Below are positions 50,510 to 63,542 of a stretch of 64,000 nucleotides of DNA, piece after piece (position 1 is the first letter of the stretch; each line of letters opens with the position of its first letter). The notes under the pieces are model-generated. The model was not told where the DNA came from. It saw only the letters and a list, made by a program, of their open reading frames with translations, and made no database searches. The translations under genes were made by a program, and so were the position numbers. The DNA is from Marsupella aquatica (lineage: Eukaryota; Plantae; Marchantiophyta): NCBI GenBank assembly GCA_973895155.1, contig OZ316893.1, positions 17,018,645 through 17,082,644 on the forward strand. Reading direction: 5' to 3'.

Positions 50510-53227
50510 ATGTCTCGCTCAATTGTAATTACACGTGCTTGTACTGGAGACGTCGTCAACATCCCCGTGCAAGTCTCTGATGCTTACAAGCAAGTTAGTG
50601 AAACCTACCTTTCCGGGAGATTTGATTTGAGGATGAATGATATTGAGTCCATTGTTCCACAGGAATCGATGAGTGGAGAACTGCAACGGGCTGCGGCATT
50701 CGATGTAGATGAGGGAGTACGCTTTTGGCATATGAATGCCGGGCTTAGTTACACGCTTAATGTCAGACGTGTCGCTCCGGAACCAGCAGTTGGGAACATT
50801 CTTGTTGTTGTTGTTGACATATCTGACAGTGAAGATGGTGATGTTGCACCCACTCCTCCATCGTAGTACAAAGTTCTGGTTTTCGCTTTTGTTAAGGATG
50901 AGCCGGTGGCTACCTCCGGAGTTGGTCATAAAGACTACCGGAGGAGTGCGATGGACGCCTTACTCAAGGCCACGGGACATAGTGAACTGTCAAGATTTAT
51001 CTCGGCAGGGGACTTCCGGCATGAGCAAGTTCCTTGTTTGCCAGACAAGTACAACGGAAATGTTGTATTTGAACTGCCTCCCATTGAGGGAACGCTCTCC
51101 AAGGGATCTAGACTTTGTGACATGGACCGTGCCAAAGATTGTTACATTTGGACCCGAATTTTTCCGACAACTACGAACGTGCATCCAAAGAAACATTGGG
51201 AATTTGGTAAGGTTACATGTACCGGGTTCATCGAGTGCAGGAACAAGTCCTGTGAGTACTTTCAGCAAAAGAAGAGATGCAATGCAAAGGCCTGGCATGG
51301 TGCTCCTAAACTCAGTGGCCAGCACGTGGTGGGTTCGTTGATTGAAGAGGGTGGTGTAGTCTGTCACTATTGTGCGCAGATTCCTTTCTGTGTGAAGTCT
51401 TGCCCTGCTCGCTTGTTTTATATGTACCCTCAAGTCCTTCTTGATACAGAGACCTGTAGTCACATGTCTCGGCTCGCAGTTCATATAGGCGAGCATAACC
51501 ATCCGAGTAGGAAAGTTTTCTCGAGGAGCGCTGAGAAGATAGCTGAGGATTTGATAAGAAAAAATCATGAAGCCAATCCTCTAGCAAAGTTGGCTGGTAT
51601 TTTGAATTCCGCAAACGGTTTGCTCGTGAAAGCTCTTTGCGAAAACATCGACGACATAGTAGATATTGAAGAAACGGAGATTTGGAAGTCTCTCATGGTA
51701 CTGTCTACCCTCCAGAAATTTGCATCGCTTTGTCAAAGCGTTCGAATGGACCAGGCTGGTCGTGGTGAGTTAGATTTCCTAGCTCGGATGCAAAAATCAA
51801 ATAACATTTCTTTCCTCCAAAGGTACCTCCTGCCGGGTCAGGGTTGTGTAGCAGATAGGCCCCATGTATTCAAAACGACAGTCAAGGGTCATGGATCTGG
51901 TGTAGATCTTCTCCGGCAGATGCAACCCGACGGAAGATTGGAAGGAGCTTGGGTGAGTTTTGATGTGATGAAGCGAGTGACAACTGACTGGTTTACTTTC
52001 AGTGCACACGTTTATGATCACAACTTCCGAGCTCTTTGTACAATCTTCACATGCGAACTAAAAGCTGAAGACACGGACTCCTTTGAGAAAGTGTGGAGAA
52101 TTATGATTGAGGTTTGTAAGGAAAATGGGTTACAAGACGTTGTCATTCAAGGTTTTATGGCTGACAATGCTCAGGCTGGATGGATCGCCGTTCGCAATGT
52201 CTTTTTTGGAGGGCACCCAGACCCTGAACGTGAACGCTCTGATGCATTTCACTTTTACCAATCTTTCCATTGACACTCTACAGAAGGAGTTTTGGAGGGT
52301 AAGCAACCAGAACATCGACAACTATGGGAGAAACTGCGGAATGCTCCAACGTTCGTTGCGGCGTATCGAGTTTCGAGGAAGATCATGTTGTGGTAGCAAG
52401 CAGGAAACTGTGTCCCAGGAAAGCTGATGATGTTGTAGAGTTGGATATCTTGGTGGGTTGTTCGATGGCGTCAATGGGGGAATTTCATTCGTGTGGTAAG
52501 TTTTCCTGATGCGTTTATTAGTCAAACCTCAGTGTGTTTATACTAGCGCCAGGCGTTGCTTTAATTTTCACTCAGAAAACCTTCAAACTTTACAGAAAAC
52601 AAAACTTTTACCGATAAACCTTCTTTTATTATCTCCTACTCATTGCTAGCGCTTGGCGCTGCTTATACAAAAGAAGTAAATTTTGTCTGGACGGGTTTTA
52701 TTGTAGAGCAAAAGTGCAGAAGAAAGTGCGCTCATTCCAAACTGTACCGGGTCAGAGTCAAGGCACGCCTCCATGAAAGCATGGGCTACCAAAAAATGGT
52801 GGGTCTCTTTGAAGCATGCAAAGTTGATCAAAATTGAGCTCTGTCACAAGTTGTGGGTTACAGCGCATATCGGAAGGGACTCAATAGAGGGAAGGGGCCA
52901 ACTATCTGGGAATTAGCATTCCGATCCGCGGACCAATCTGGTTCACCCAAGTTATTTGAAGAAGCAACCAACATGATTCTTTCCAACGCTGCTGATTTGG
53001 ATCTGGAGAGGAGCTCTCCTCTGAATGGAGATATTGTCACAAAGTCAGTTAAGAGGAAGGGACTCGCAACTAGGATTGTCTCGCCACAAGACTCCCATCG
53101 GCATGACACCATTCTCATCACTACACCAAATACTCGAGGGTTCAAATGGAAGAATCTCAACAACACTGCCTTCACTTCCTTTCCTGCAAATGTAACAGAT
53201 CCCATAGTCGACCTCGGCGATAGCGAC
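50510..53227 (+). pseudogene. Mutator-like (MULE) DDE transposase with N-terminal Cys/His (GCM/WRKY-like) domain
   Basis: In frame from ATG 50510 through a TAG at 50864. CTGFIECRNKSC..CHYC..CPAR..HIGEHNHP, then SFDVMKRV, GFMADNAQAGW, DAFHFYQS and, after an intron at about 52496-52708, PNCTGSESRHAS. Cut by TGTGACG at 53228. Confidence 0.75.
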
Positions 53228-55635
53228 TGTGACGCCGCCGGTACCGCGAGTGATTCGGTCTAACTACGCTCAGCACGCGCGTTAGGAGTGTCTTAGGCCG
53301 CTATTATTAGCATAACGACAGTATTTAGGTAATCATTATGGGTAGGACATCATTAGGCAATAAGGGGGAATTCAGGTTCGGACTGGGGGCGGGTCGCTAT
53401 TCGCACACCCGGGTTACGAGCGTGGAGGGGCCCCTCCCTCGGGTTCGTATAACGAACTTAAGGAAGCGGCCATTGACACGCGTTGACTCAGACCGGCGGA
53501 GTGGCCGGTACACCACAAGCGTGAGCGGTTCAGCCTATGGGCGTCGAGGAGACGTCAGAGGATCGACAAGCCCTCAAGGTATAAAAAGGGAGCCAACCCT
53601 TTGTAGTGCACCAGTCCATCAGTCCACGCGCCAGCTTCGACCCGAGCTCTCTCGTTCGCTCTAAGTCGCCACTACTATCTCCTCTGAATGTCGCACACGA
53701 TCCTCTCCAGCTCGGCCATTCGATTCTGGACGCAGTTCCTATCTACCGAAAGGCACTTGGCCGACTCATTGAAACCCGCCAACCCGCGCTGATACAAAAT
53801 CGAACGCGAGTATGAGAGAGCCATCCGCCTAGCAGGACGACACCACTACATCCTTAACTTTGACTACCCGTCTCAGAGCAAGCTTTACCGACCAGCAGAA
53901 GTATCTAGGTACTTCTTCAACGGAGACAAATATATCGGGTTCTGGGAAGCATTGCTTCGGCTTCCGGACGAGGTCTTCAATATCCCGGGTACGATTGACT
54001 TGCAACGACATCACTTCGACCACATCCCTGCTCAGGTTCGGGCTATCATCAACAGCGAGTCCAACACTACCCGTTCGACAAGGTCGTCTGCACTCACTTC
54101 GAAGAACTTCTACCAGCACCTACAGAGCTTCAGTGGAACTCGGCCATCAACCAATATGACCAACTCAGCCGTACCCGTACCCATACAACCTCAGGTTCAG
54201 CTTCAGCTTCAGCCTCAGCCTCAGCCGCAGCCTAGCCAAACCCCACCACCGATCGCCCAGCCAGCACAAGTATGCTCCGTCATCAACGCTGTGGATCTTA
54301 GCGATGACAACGAGGCTACCCCACCCTTGACCAGGCGGCCCAGAGGAACAAGCGCTCAGGGGGCAGACACTATATCGTCCCCACCCCCTGCTCTGACCCC
54401 AGGAGCGGCCCCGACAGACAACATGGTGACCGTGGCCGACCCGGGCCCGTTACTAACGGCAGTGGCACTACCCAGGCCCGATCGGGAGGATGGGGAGGTG
54501 TCTGTTAAACGCCAACTTTGACCTTGCGATTAATGGCCGTTTAACTACCTTCTCCTCAGTAATCTCGTTTAAACGATTAACCGACCTTCGAGAGGCGGCA
54601 CTCCTTCTATCTCGACACAGTCCCTGTAAGTGAATCCGACCAAGTGCTCTTGAATGTCGAGTTCCGTCTTCCACTTCTTAGGTACTTCAGCCTTGACCAA
54701 CACTAACCCCTCTCTATACACAATCTCAATGAACCCACACCACTCGCGGTAAGTGATCAAGCAAATCGGAATGTTCTCGTATAGTGACTGACGGGAAATA
54801 AGATGGGTGCCAATAGAACAGATCCACAGTTCCAGTGATCTTAAGGTAATCAAGGAGCAAGACTTGTCGTCACTGCTGTCTGCGTTCATGGTTTTTAGTA
54901 GCCGTGACCTGATTAAGTCCGGCTGTCCTTTGAATCAGCCTGCCTGGCAATTGATTTCCGGATTGTGTGGGTGACTATGACAGGGTTACCCTAAGCAAGT
55001 ACCCCAGTATCACGTTTACCCTTGTATGATGGAGGTGTATGACGACCAGTGTATCGCCTTCAAAACACACTATCTCCAACCAGACACCGCTTCTCACTAG
55101 CTGTCTGTTCAACCTATACCTTGAGGCGCTGGCCCATAAGGTTCTGGTTCGCAATGAGACGATATTCATTCATCGTTGCGATTAACGAGTAACGACTTGC
55201 TGCATAAGGCAAATTCCTTCTCTCTCTCTCTCTCTCTGATTTGACGTTCTCATTCACTGCTCAAGTGCGGACTTCACTCTGTTGCATTCATTCCAAACTC
55301 TCTCTTTATACTCAAAGACTACTCAACTGAGTAGGGACACTATTACAAAATTGCTGGCATTCCTAAGGTGAGCGGAGCCCTACCTTGCCCCAGACTTCTA
55401 GCAAAAAGTGACAGAGCGCCTAGCGCTCCACAGCCTCTAAATACCTATGCTTCGTGTCCGTCTCTGCCAGAGGCCTCTACTACTTCTTGGGGTGCACCGA
55501 TTACAGTTGGACGACTCGCGCCTCCTCTTTGATCTCCTTCGCTCGTTCATCAAGAACGCTAACTAATGCCTACTAGAACGATGAGTGGAAGCCAAGAACT
55601 GCTGATTACTATGTCAAGAAGTTTTGTCTTCCTGG

Positions 55636-56247
55636 TTACTGAACTGTGCAACGGCCTCCTCGATTCCCTTCGGTTGCGCCTGATCCGGAAGCTTCCGGAC
55701 TCCCGATTGTTAATCTTGCCATATGTGCCTCGACCTCCTGAATTCTGTCATCTTCCTTGGGGTTGCTCGGTTCGCCGGCCACGATTACTTGTTTGGCGGT
55801 GATTAATCGCCACATAATCCGCTGATCGTGGCTGTTACCCCGTCTTAGCAGCAGATTCCATTTCTTCTGCATGACCTTTCTACAGAGTTCTTTGATGGCC
55901 TCGCCGGTGGTGAATCGTTGGCGGAACTCTTCGCCCTTCATTCCGAACAATTGTTGCCCCGCCGCATCCCATACACGACAGCTTCCTTCTTTGATCCAAA
56001 TAGTGAACATGAACATAGGCACTCCTTCTCCTAGCGACTTACACTCATGAGCTAACCGATTCCTGCTAACGGGGGTTCCTATATTCGCCCCCCCTTGCCT
56101 TCTCTGTCGAGCTCTTGTGCCTAAGGCACATACTCTGCCATCTGCTAGTAGGCCATCGCAGCCTTCATAGCAGAACTCGACTCCTACACGACCGTTAATC
56201 GAGATGATCGTCGCCTCCCCTACTTCCAGCCTTTCTATCATCTCCAC
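55636..56247 (-). CDS. RPA70 C-terminal-like OB-fold / Zn-ribbon protein inside the Gypsy element
   Basis: FCYEGC...C...HEC....MFMFTIWIKE..CRVWDAAGQQLFGMKGEEF resembles the RPA1 DBD-C pattern YxAC..C....Y.L...I.D.TG..W...F...AE.ILG..A.EL. Confidence 0.5.
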   Translation of the reverse strand: MEMIERLEVGEATIISINGRVGVEFCYEGCDGLLADGRVCALGTRARQRRQGGANIGTPVSRNRLAHECKSLGEGVPMFMFTIWIKEGSCRVWDAAGQQLFGMKGEEFRQRFTTGEAIKELCRKVMQKKWNLLLRRGNSHDQRIMWRLITAKQVIVAGEPSNPKEDDRIQEVEAHMARLTIGSPEASGSGATEGNRGGRCTVQ

Positions 56248-56445
56248 AAAATGAATAACCGCTGGTCCTTGCTTACTACTTCCTAAATACTCTTGGTTGA
56301 CCTCTAGTTGACACTTCTAAACCTAAAGAAAAACTATAATATCGCCGGTGTAATTTTTATCGTTTACATTCTCCTTTGCTTACCTACGGATTCGTCCTCG
56401 ATATCCGTTATGCTTGGTATACATTGGGGACCAGTCGTCACCGGT

Positions 56446-59015
56446 CTACTTTACTCCCCTACCCTCGCTAACATTGGTCGTCCTGGTTGGAGTTATCGGA
56501 ACTCTACTCTGTGCCTTCAGCTTCCTCACTTCGGATTTTAAATCCAAAATTGATCGTTCCTTATCTTCCAGTTCTTGCAAAAGCTGATCGTTCTCTGTCC
56601 TCAGCTGCTCGAGTTCCTTGGTCTGTTCAGTGATACTCTCCTCTCCAGTGCCCTGTAGCTTCACCGTGGCTTCTAACTCAGCAATTTTCCGCTTATAGTC
56701 GTCTTCTGTGATTCTCCAATTCTCCGATACTTCATAGTGTTTTCTTCCGAGCTTCCCCAGTTGCTCCTCCAGTAGGGCTTGTTTGTTCAGATCCTCCGTG
56801 GGGTCCCCTTTGACTGCGGTGGTTTGCTGGAGTTGGGTTTCCAGACCCTGGAGCTTTTTCTTCAATTCCTCCACCCTCTGGCGTTCCACTGCCCATTCAC
56901 CGGCTGTTCTGCGTTGCTTTGCTGCTTCATCCTTGAGTTGCGATTGCAATTCTTCTATTTCCTTGAGTTTCTCGTTATCCTCCCTTAGCTATGAATTGAT
57001 CTTTTGGCTATCTGCTTTGACTGTGGCTATGGCTGCTCCGATGGCGGTGACAACCTCCTGGTAATTTGTCGTTAGTCCCCCTGGACATAACCCTTCTATT
57101 CCTAGGTAATCAGCCAATTCCTGCGTGGCTGCCTCCTCATGCCTCCAGCCTCTTCCTATGGTTGTCAGTCGATCCTTATCTGCTATTAGCTCTTTGTTAT
57201 GATTTAGTAACTCCTTGATGGTCTCCTCGGCCTCCACTGCCCATTTATCTGCCTCCTCCTTCCCGGCTAAGTCCTCGGCGATTTCTTCTTCTCGCTTGTT
57301 CCACTCCAAGTGTACTAGCGAACTCGTTATTCCCTAATAAATGGCTAATTGACTGGCGATTTGTCCGATCATGACTGTAAAGATGCTATCTTTTTGCACT
57401 GTGCTGATCTTCTCTTTCAATACTTTGATCCCCAGCTTCTCCCATAATTGTTGATCATCACCTTCTTTTACGGTTGAGAGGGCGTACTTGAGGTCGTTGT
57501 CATCAATGGGCGCTGTCCTATAAGCCTTGGTTTCTGCTCGCATTTTGTCTTCCTCCGCTGGTTCCTAACCCTCTGATTCTGACTCCTTCTTGGTCGGTGT
57601 TGGATTGGTTTCTTTCCTCTTGGTGGTGCACACTGGTGATGCGTCCCCCTCTTGCTCTTTGTTGGCTGCTTCCTCTTCTGGCAGGGTGCCCTCCTGCTTC
57701 TTGGCTCCCTCACTCCTCGTTGGTTGGTAAATGGTAGTTGCTGATTCCGTTTTTCCCCTGTCTTCCCCTGTAAGCTAACTCTCGATTAGCACTTGGAGAT
57801 GCGACTCGATCTCTACTGGCAGGTTGCTTTTACTGCTGATTAATCGTTTAGCTCGCTTGATGGCTGCATGAAACCCTTCGTGGAAAAAGGCCGACCAATC
57901 CTTTTGCTTCCCGTCTCCCTCTACAATTTTAATCATAAATCGAGGATATTCTGATCTGGGCCTCTTCCAATGTAATGCATGGGTTACGAATTCGAGCCTT
58001 TCCTTGATTTTCTCATTCGTGCAATGCTTGGTCGGATAGCCCCTGTTGTCGTCTACGTCCTTGTGTTGTGGAAATGTGGTAGGTTGCCAAGTTTTCCCCA
58101 TCCATTTCTTGATCTCCGCTCCTTGCTTTGGCAGTTTGAAAAGCTCCTGAAGCTTTCGAGGATTTGTCTTAATGACTTGGCCCCTACATATTCCCTGATT
58201 TTCGGTGGGTTTCCACGTGGTGATGAACTCGCTGTAGTCCTTTGCTTGTAGCTTCGTGGTTTGATTCCACTTTAGTTTCACGAATTTCTCCAATCCTTGT
58301 GTCTGTAGAAATTCCTGTGTGCTTGTCCGCGCATAGTTTGCAATATCTGTGGCCCCATTCTCTCAAATTTCAAAACATGACTTGTTTCCCCTGGACTCGC
58401 CTTTGCAGCGCGCGTCGCCTTCCCGGTCCTACTTTTTGCTTCTTCTTCTGGTTCTTCTTCTTCTTCACTGTCGGATTCTTCCGGTTCTTCCTCCTCGTAT
58501 GTGACTATTTTGCTCTTTCCCCTTACGGATCGCACCTCCCTCATCGTTGGCGGCTCAAGTTTAATCGTTTTGGCTGCCCCCTTGCGGTTCCTCTTGGTCC
58601 TAGAAGGAGTCGTTTCCTATATTATCGCTGTGGTGACCGCCGTGATCGCTTCCGTGGGATCCGGGTTGGCTAACAATTCTACCATGGTCAGCTTCCGTCT
58701 CCCTTCTCGTTGAAGTTTGTTCAGCTGGTTTCCCTGTTGTTCTTCTGTCTGCTCGGCCGCTTGCTCCGTTAGTGCCTCGATTACTGATTCGGTTTGTGTC
58801 TCTAGGATTGGCTCCTCGGCGGGCCCCTGCCCTTCCCTTTTGGCTGTAGTTTCCGAGAGATGGTCAGCCGCTGAAGGTCCCTGACTCACGATCTCTTGAT
58901 CATCTTTGGGGTTGCTCCTTTCCCTTTCCGCTGACTCGGAAACTTCCAGCTCCATGCCCTCTGCTGTTGTCGGCCCTTCTCCCTCTGTGTGCGTGGGGGT
59001 TGGTGTCTCCTCCAT
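56446..59015 (-). pseudogene. Gypsy accessory protein (plant-transposon-protein-like domain + coiled coil), fragmented
   Basis: 57775-58293 (FVKLKW..EFITTW..ICRGQVIKTNPRKLQELFKLP) resembles 10722-11327 and 20215-20967. Coiled-coil pieces lie at 56446-57309. Confidence 0.55.
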
Positions 59016-59639
59016 CGCCGGGGTTTCGAGTAGTTCGCTGATAGTAATGCGCTTCCTCGGTTTATCGTCCTCAAACTTGTTTGATCATTTCAGCTTCAAC
59101 GTCTTCATGCCCACCGGTAATGTGTAATGCCTATTACCGACCCTCGACCATTCGAATTTCACCTCGCGCTGATAGCCACTCCACTCGGGGTTCTCTCGTA
59201 ATCTCCTTGCCAGTCGGAAATAGGGTTTTTGGTTTAACAGTTCTTTTGCGGATGATGGTGCTCGCCCTTTGGATTCTAGTGTATCCTGAACTTCTAGTAT
59301 AACATGTAATTTTCCCGTGGAGTAGTCCTCAATACAGGGTATCGAGTTGGGTCCTATCAAAATCCGATCTGCAATCCATGTGGAAAAGGGTCCGTGTGTA
59401 CATCCTACAATTACTACTCTATAAGGAAACCTTCTCCTCCTCTCTTCCTGGCCTTTGGGTAATTTGTGCTTCCAATCGTGGATCTGAAAGATTTCAGATA
59501 GGTCCTCCTCCGCTAGAACCACTGACTTGATTTGACCTGATTCCGTTGGTTTGTTTGATGGAATGGTTCCGTTCATGTAATCCTCTAACGGGTACCCCTT
59601 GATCGTTAGTTCTCGTCCTTGTTCATTGGTGCTTTCTAC

Positions 59640-62600
59640 TCATCGTAGTGTGTCACGTGTGGTGGTCGCGACTAGCTTCTTTGCGTGTGCTAAGGGTCGT
59701 TCCTTGTTCTTGGCGGTGAGTGCCCCTCCGGTGGCTTCCGTAGATTCTTGATCGGGGTTCACGCTGATACAGGCTACCATTCTAGTGGGTAGCTCGTACC
59801 CTTCTCCATCCGCTTGATTCTCGTTAGGTGGTGCTGTCGGCAGTTGATAGCTGTCGTCGTCCTCGTTGAGTGCTGGTACCGTATCGGAGTCGTTGCCGAC
59901 TTTGCTTTCCCCTGGGTAGTCGTTAACCGTATCCTCTACTTCTCGTAAGTACACGTCGTTCCTTACGTGGTACGACTTCATCTTATTCCCGTTCACCCGC
60001 TGTTGCTCGCTCCCATCCTGGCTGGTAATTTCAAAGGTTCCGTTTCCCCACGCCTTGAGGACGGTAAAGGGTCCTTCCCATTTAAGTCTCAACTTTCCTT
60101 TTTTTATTCGTGCCCGCTTTCGGCACCACAGTACTAATTCCCCCTCCGTGAACGTGGTTACCTCCCGTTGATTGTCTATTTGTCGCTTGCGTTGTCCTTG
60201 TACATACTCTAATCGTTCTTCTGCCCTTCTCCGGGTTTCGGTAACCTCCAATAGTGCTTTTAACCGTCTAGTTAAACACGGGTTCTGATTTATGTCGTAT
60301 CTCGCTGCGATTTGCAAACTAGGTAATTCGTAGTCTGTCGGCATACGGGCCTCAACTCCAAACATTAATTGAAAAGGGGTGTGGCCCGTGGTTACCTTAT
60401 ATGCCGTGCGGAATGCCCATACTGCCGCCGGCAACTGAACGTCCCAATCGTTTTGCTATTCGTTAACCACTTTCCGTAAAACGTTGAGTAAGACTTTGTT
60501 TGTTGACTCCGCTTGCCCGTTACACTAAGGGTAATAGGGAGTCAAAAACCGATGGCTTATATGGTAATTATCCGTCAGTTCTTGGATAACCTTGTTCAGA
60601 AAATGTGAACCTTGATCGCTCACTAGCTCACCTGGTAATCCGTATCTCGTGATGATGTTCTGGTACAAGAACTTGGCTGTTACTCGGGCAGTGTTCTCCC
60701 GAGTTGCGACTGCTTCCACCCATTTTGTGGTATACTCTGTTGCTGCTAAAATATACTGGTTCTGACTATATCTGGAAGATGGAGTGATGGGTCCTATGAA
60801 ATCTAGTCCCCATTTCTGAAAAATATAAGGGGCGATTATAGGCCTGAACTCCATGTTTTCCTTTATAGGTCCTGTACGCTGACACAGGTCGCACGTTTTT
60901 ACAAACTCCCGGGTGTCTTTATGGACAGTTGCCCACCAACGTCCTTGCTGAAGAATCTTCCTCAGGGTGATCTCGGTGCCGAAATGTCCCCCTCCTAGTC
61001 CTTCATGTGCCGCGATTAAGGCTTCTGTCCGTTCTTCCTCCAGAACTACTCTACGTAGTATGTCATCAGGCCCCTGGTAATAAAGCACGTGGTTGATCAA
61101 GGTGTAGGGTCTTGCCTTATAGGCGTAGACCTTCCTTTCCTTACTGGACAACCCCTCGGGGAATACCACTATGCGTAAATACCTTTCTAATGCTGGTTCG
61201 TCATCCAAGGTCACTAGATTTACAGGATGCCTTTCCTTGGCGTCTTGAAATAGCTCCATATCCGGTAATTGATCGTCTTCTTCCTTGCCTATCTCTCCTG
61301 ATTCGAGTCTACTCAAATAATCGGGTATGACATGGGTTTTCCCGGGTTTATAAATGATGGTGTAATCAAACTCAGCTAATAACAAAATCCATCTTGCAAT
61401 TCGGCCCGACAGCTGTGGTTTGTTTACTAAGTTGACCAAGGCATTATGATCTACATAGAATATGAATCGATTCCCAAGTAAATAATGCCTAAATTTCTTT
61501 ACTGCAAATATCATGGCTAATGCTTCCCTCTCAGTCGTGGTGTAGTTCCTTTCATGCACGTTTAACAGTCTACTGGCATAGTATACTGGTAAATTGATAC
61601 CTTGTTCTCCCTTCTGTGCTAACACTGCCCCCACCGCCACCAGAGAAGCATCTGTATGTAGATGGAACTCCCTCTTCCAATCTGGCTCCTTGAGTATGGG
61701 TGCATGGCACAACCGGTCCTTGATTTCTTCAAACGCTTTCTGACAGTCGTTGTCCCAAGTGAACGTTTGATGGTTACCCGTTAATCGTGCCAACGGGGCA
61801 CTGATTTGGGAGTAACTCTTGATGTAACGACGATAGAAACCTCCACTTCCTAGGAACCTTCTGACTTGAGTTGCACTATTGGGAACTGGCATCTCTTTAA
61901 TGATTTTTATCTTATCTGGGTCTACTAACAAGCCCTGTTTACAAACTATGTGTCCTAATATCTTGCCCGATGGTACAAAGAAGGTGCACTTATCAGGGTT
62001 CAGGCTGACTCCCCCTTCCCTACATCTTAAGAGGCATAATCTGAGATGACCTATATGTTGCTCTTCCTCTCCGTATATGGTGAAGTCACCTAGGAAGATT
62101 TGCATAAACTGATTCAAATACTCATGAAATAACATCATCATTAATCGCTGGAATGTACTAGGCCCATTGCATAATCCAAAGGGTAATACGAGACACTAGA
62201 AAGCGCCCCATTCCGTAATGAAAGTGGTCAGCTCCCTTGCTTCTGTGGCTAACCGGACCTGACTGTACCCGCTGTACCCATCTAAAAATGAGTAAGCTGA
62301 CTTTCCTGCTACCACATCCAAAACTGCTTCTAGAAAGGGTACCGGAAAAGGGTCTTTTATGGTCGTTGCGTTTAATTTTCTGAAATCAATGCAGACTCTT
62401 AACTTCCCATTTTTCTTAGGTACTACGACTATCGGGGATAGCCACGTATAACGCTTAACAGGTTCAATGAATTTGGTATCAAGGAGCCTTTGGATTTCTT
62501 CTTTTACCTTTTCCGCATAGTTGGGGTTCATCCTATATCGTTGTGTCTGCACCGGTACTGATCCTGGTACGAGTCGGATTCGATGTACGCCAATTGACTC

Positions 62601-63542
62601 TGGAACTCCCTTTAACTCTGTGTAATCCCAGGCAAAAACATCTCGGAATTCGGCGAGTAGGGTAACAAGTTCCTCTTTGAGCTCGGGGGAAAGGTGTTTC
62701 CCTATCTTTACTTCTCGTGGTCGTTCAGTGTCACTCAAATCGACCTTCTGAATGTGCTCTTCTTCGGTGGCACTCCATCCCACCACCTTCTCTGCTAGAT
62801 CCTGCAAGGTGGTCTGTGCTTCTTCCTCCTTTAATGAGCACTCCTGAATGCCTTGCGGGTCTATGTGTTTAAACAGATCGTTTCGTAGATCATGATCCAT
62901 TTTTTCTTTGGTCATTCCTTGCATCTCGTCGAGCTTGACTATTTCCATATCTGAAATTGGGACTAAGTCTGGACGGCATTTTAAATAGGTCTCTTCTTCA
63001 TCCTCATTCAACCCCTCTGCCCAGTTCAAGGTACAGACTCTGGCCATAGGTGGTACACCATCCTCGATAGCCTTGGTTCTGATCTTGAAAGTCTCTCCTC
63101 CGTGTTCTATTTTTATATAATCCTTCTCTTCCCCCCAGTGTTGTTTTACTTTGGCCTGTCTTAGCCAAGGTCGTCCTAACAACATGGGTTGTCCTCGGGT
63201 GGAATCTGCTTCTCTCAAAACTACCACTCCTAAATTGTACTTGATGCCTGAAATCAGCATTGGTAAGTCTCGCACGTAACCCAGTGGGTGACAGCTGCTT
63301 TGATCGGCCATTATTAGATTAAAAGGGGCTGGTAAGAGTTTGACTCTGCCTAGCAGTCTGTAGGTCTGCTCACTCATGAGGTTTACGGCTGACCCTCCAT
63401 CCAGCAATACGTTCTTTAGTTTGATGCCCTTTACGCTGATCTGTACTACGGCTCCTTTGTCGATTAGGGGAATCTTCCCAGCTTGGTACAGTGGTACTCC
63501 GGGTAATGTGGTAGGACTAATTCTGCCCCCCAACCGTCTCAT
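59640..63542 (-). pseudogene. Gypsy pol: protease, RT, RNase H, integrase
   Basis: VLLDGGSAVN, LRVCIDFRKLN, FLDGYSGY, FLGDF (catalytic DD altered to GD), HTDAS..YTTTEREALA, GGHFG..CDLC..WGLDFIGP, YKVTTGHTPFQL. In-frame stops near 62196, 60525 and 60457. Confidence 0.95.

Larger units (their letters stand above)
37168..53227. mobile_element. Large Mutator-like DNA transposon with two divergent genes, interrupted by Copia and Gypsy; right end outside the window
   Basis: Left end inferred from the break in the P-like ORF (GGGTATTTACAAAAGAC). Contains a MULE transposase (+) and a ParB-MTase-like gene (-), tied together by a recurrent palindrome at 37375-52661. Confidence 0.7.

Noticed and set aside
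53952-54521. Pro/Gln-rich plus-strand ORF as a host gene
   Set aside because: Low complexity, lies in the LTR-proximal region of the Gypsy element, and has no recognisable domain.
55414-55428. gagcgcctagcgctc, similar to the Mutator-element palindrome
   Set aside because: A single divergent copy inside the Gypsy element; plausibly chance, so not counted.
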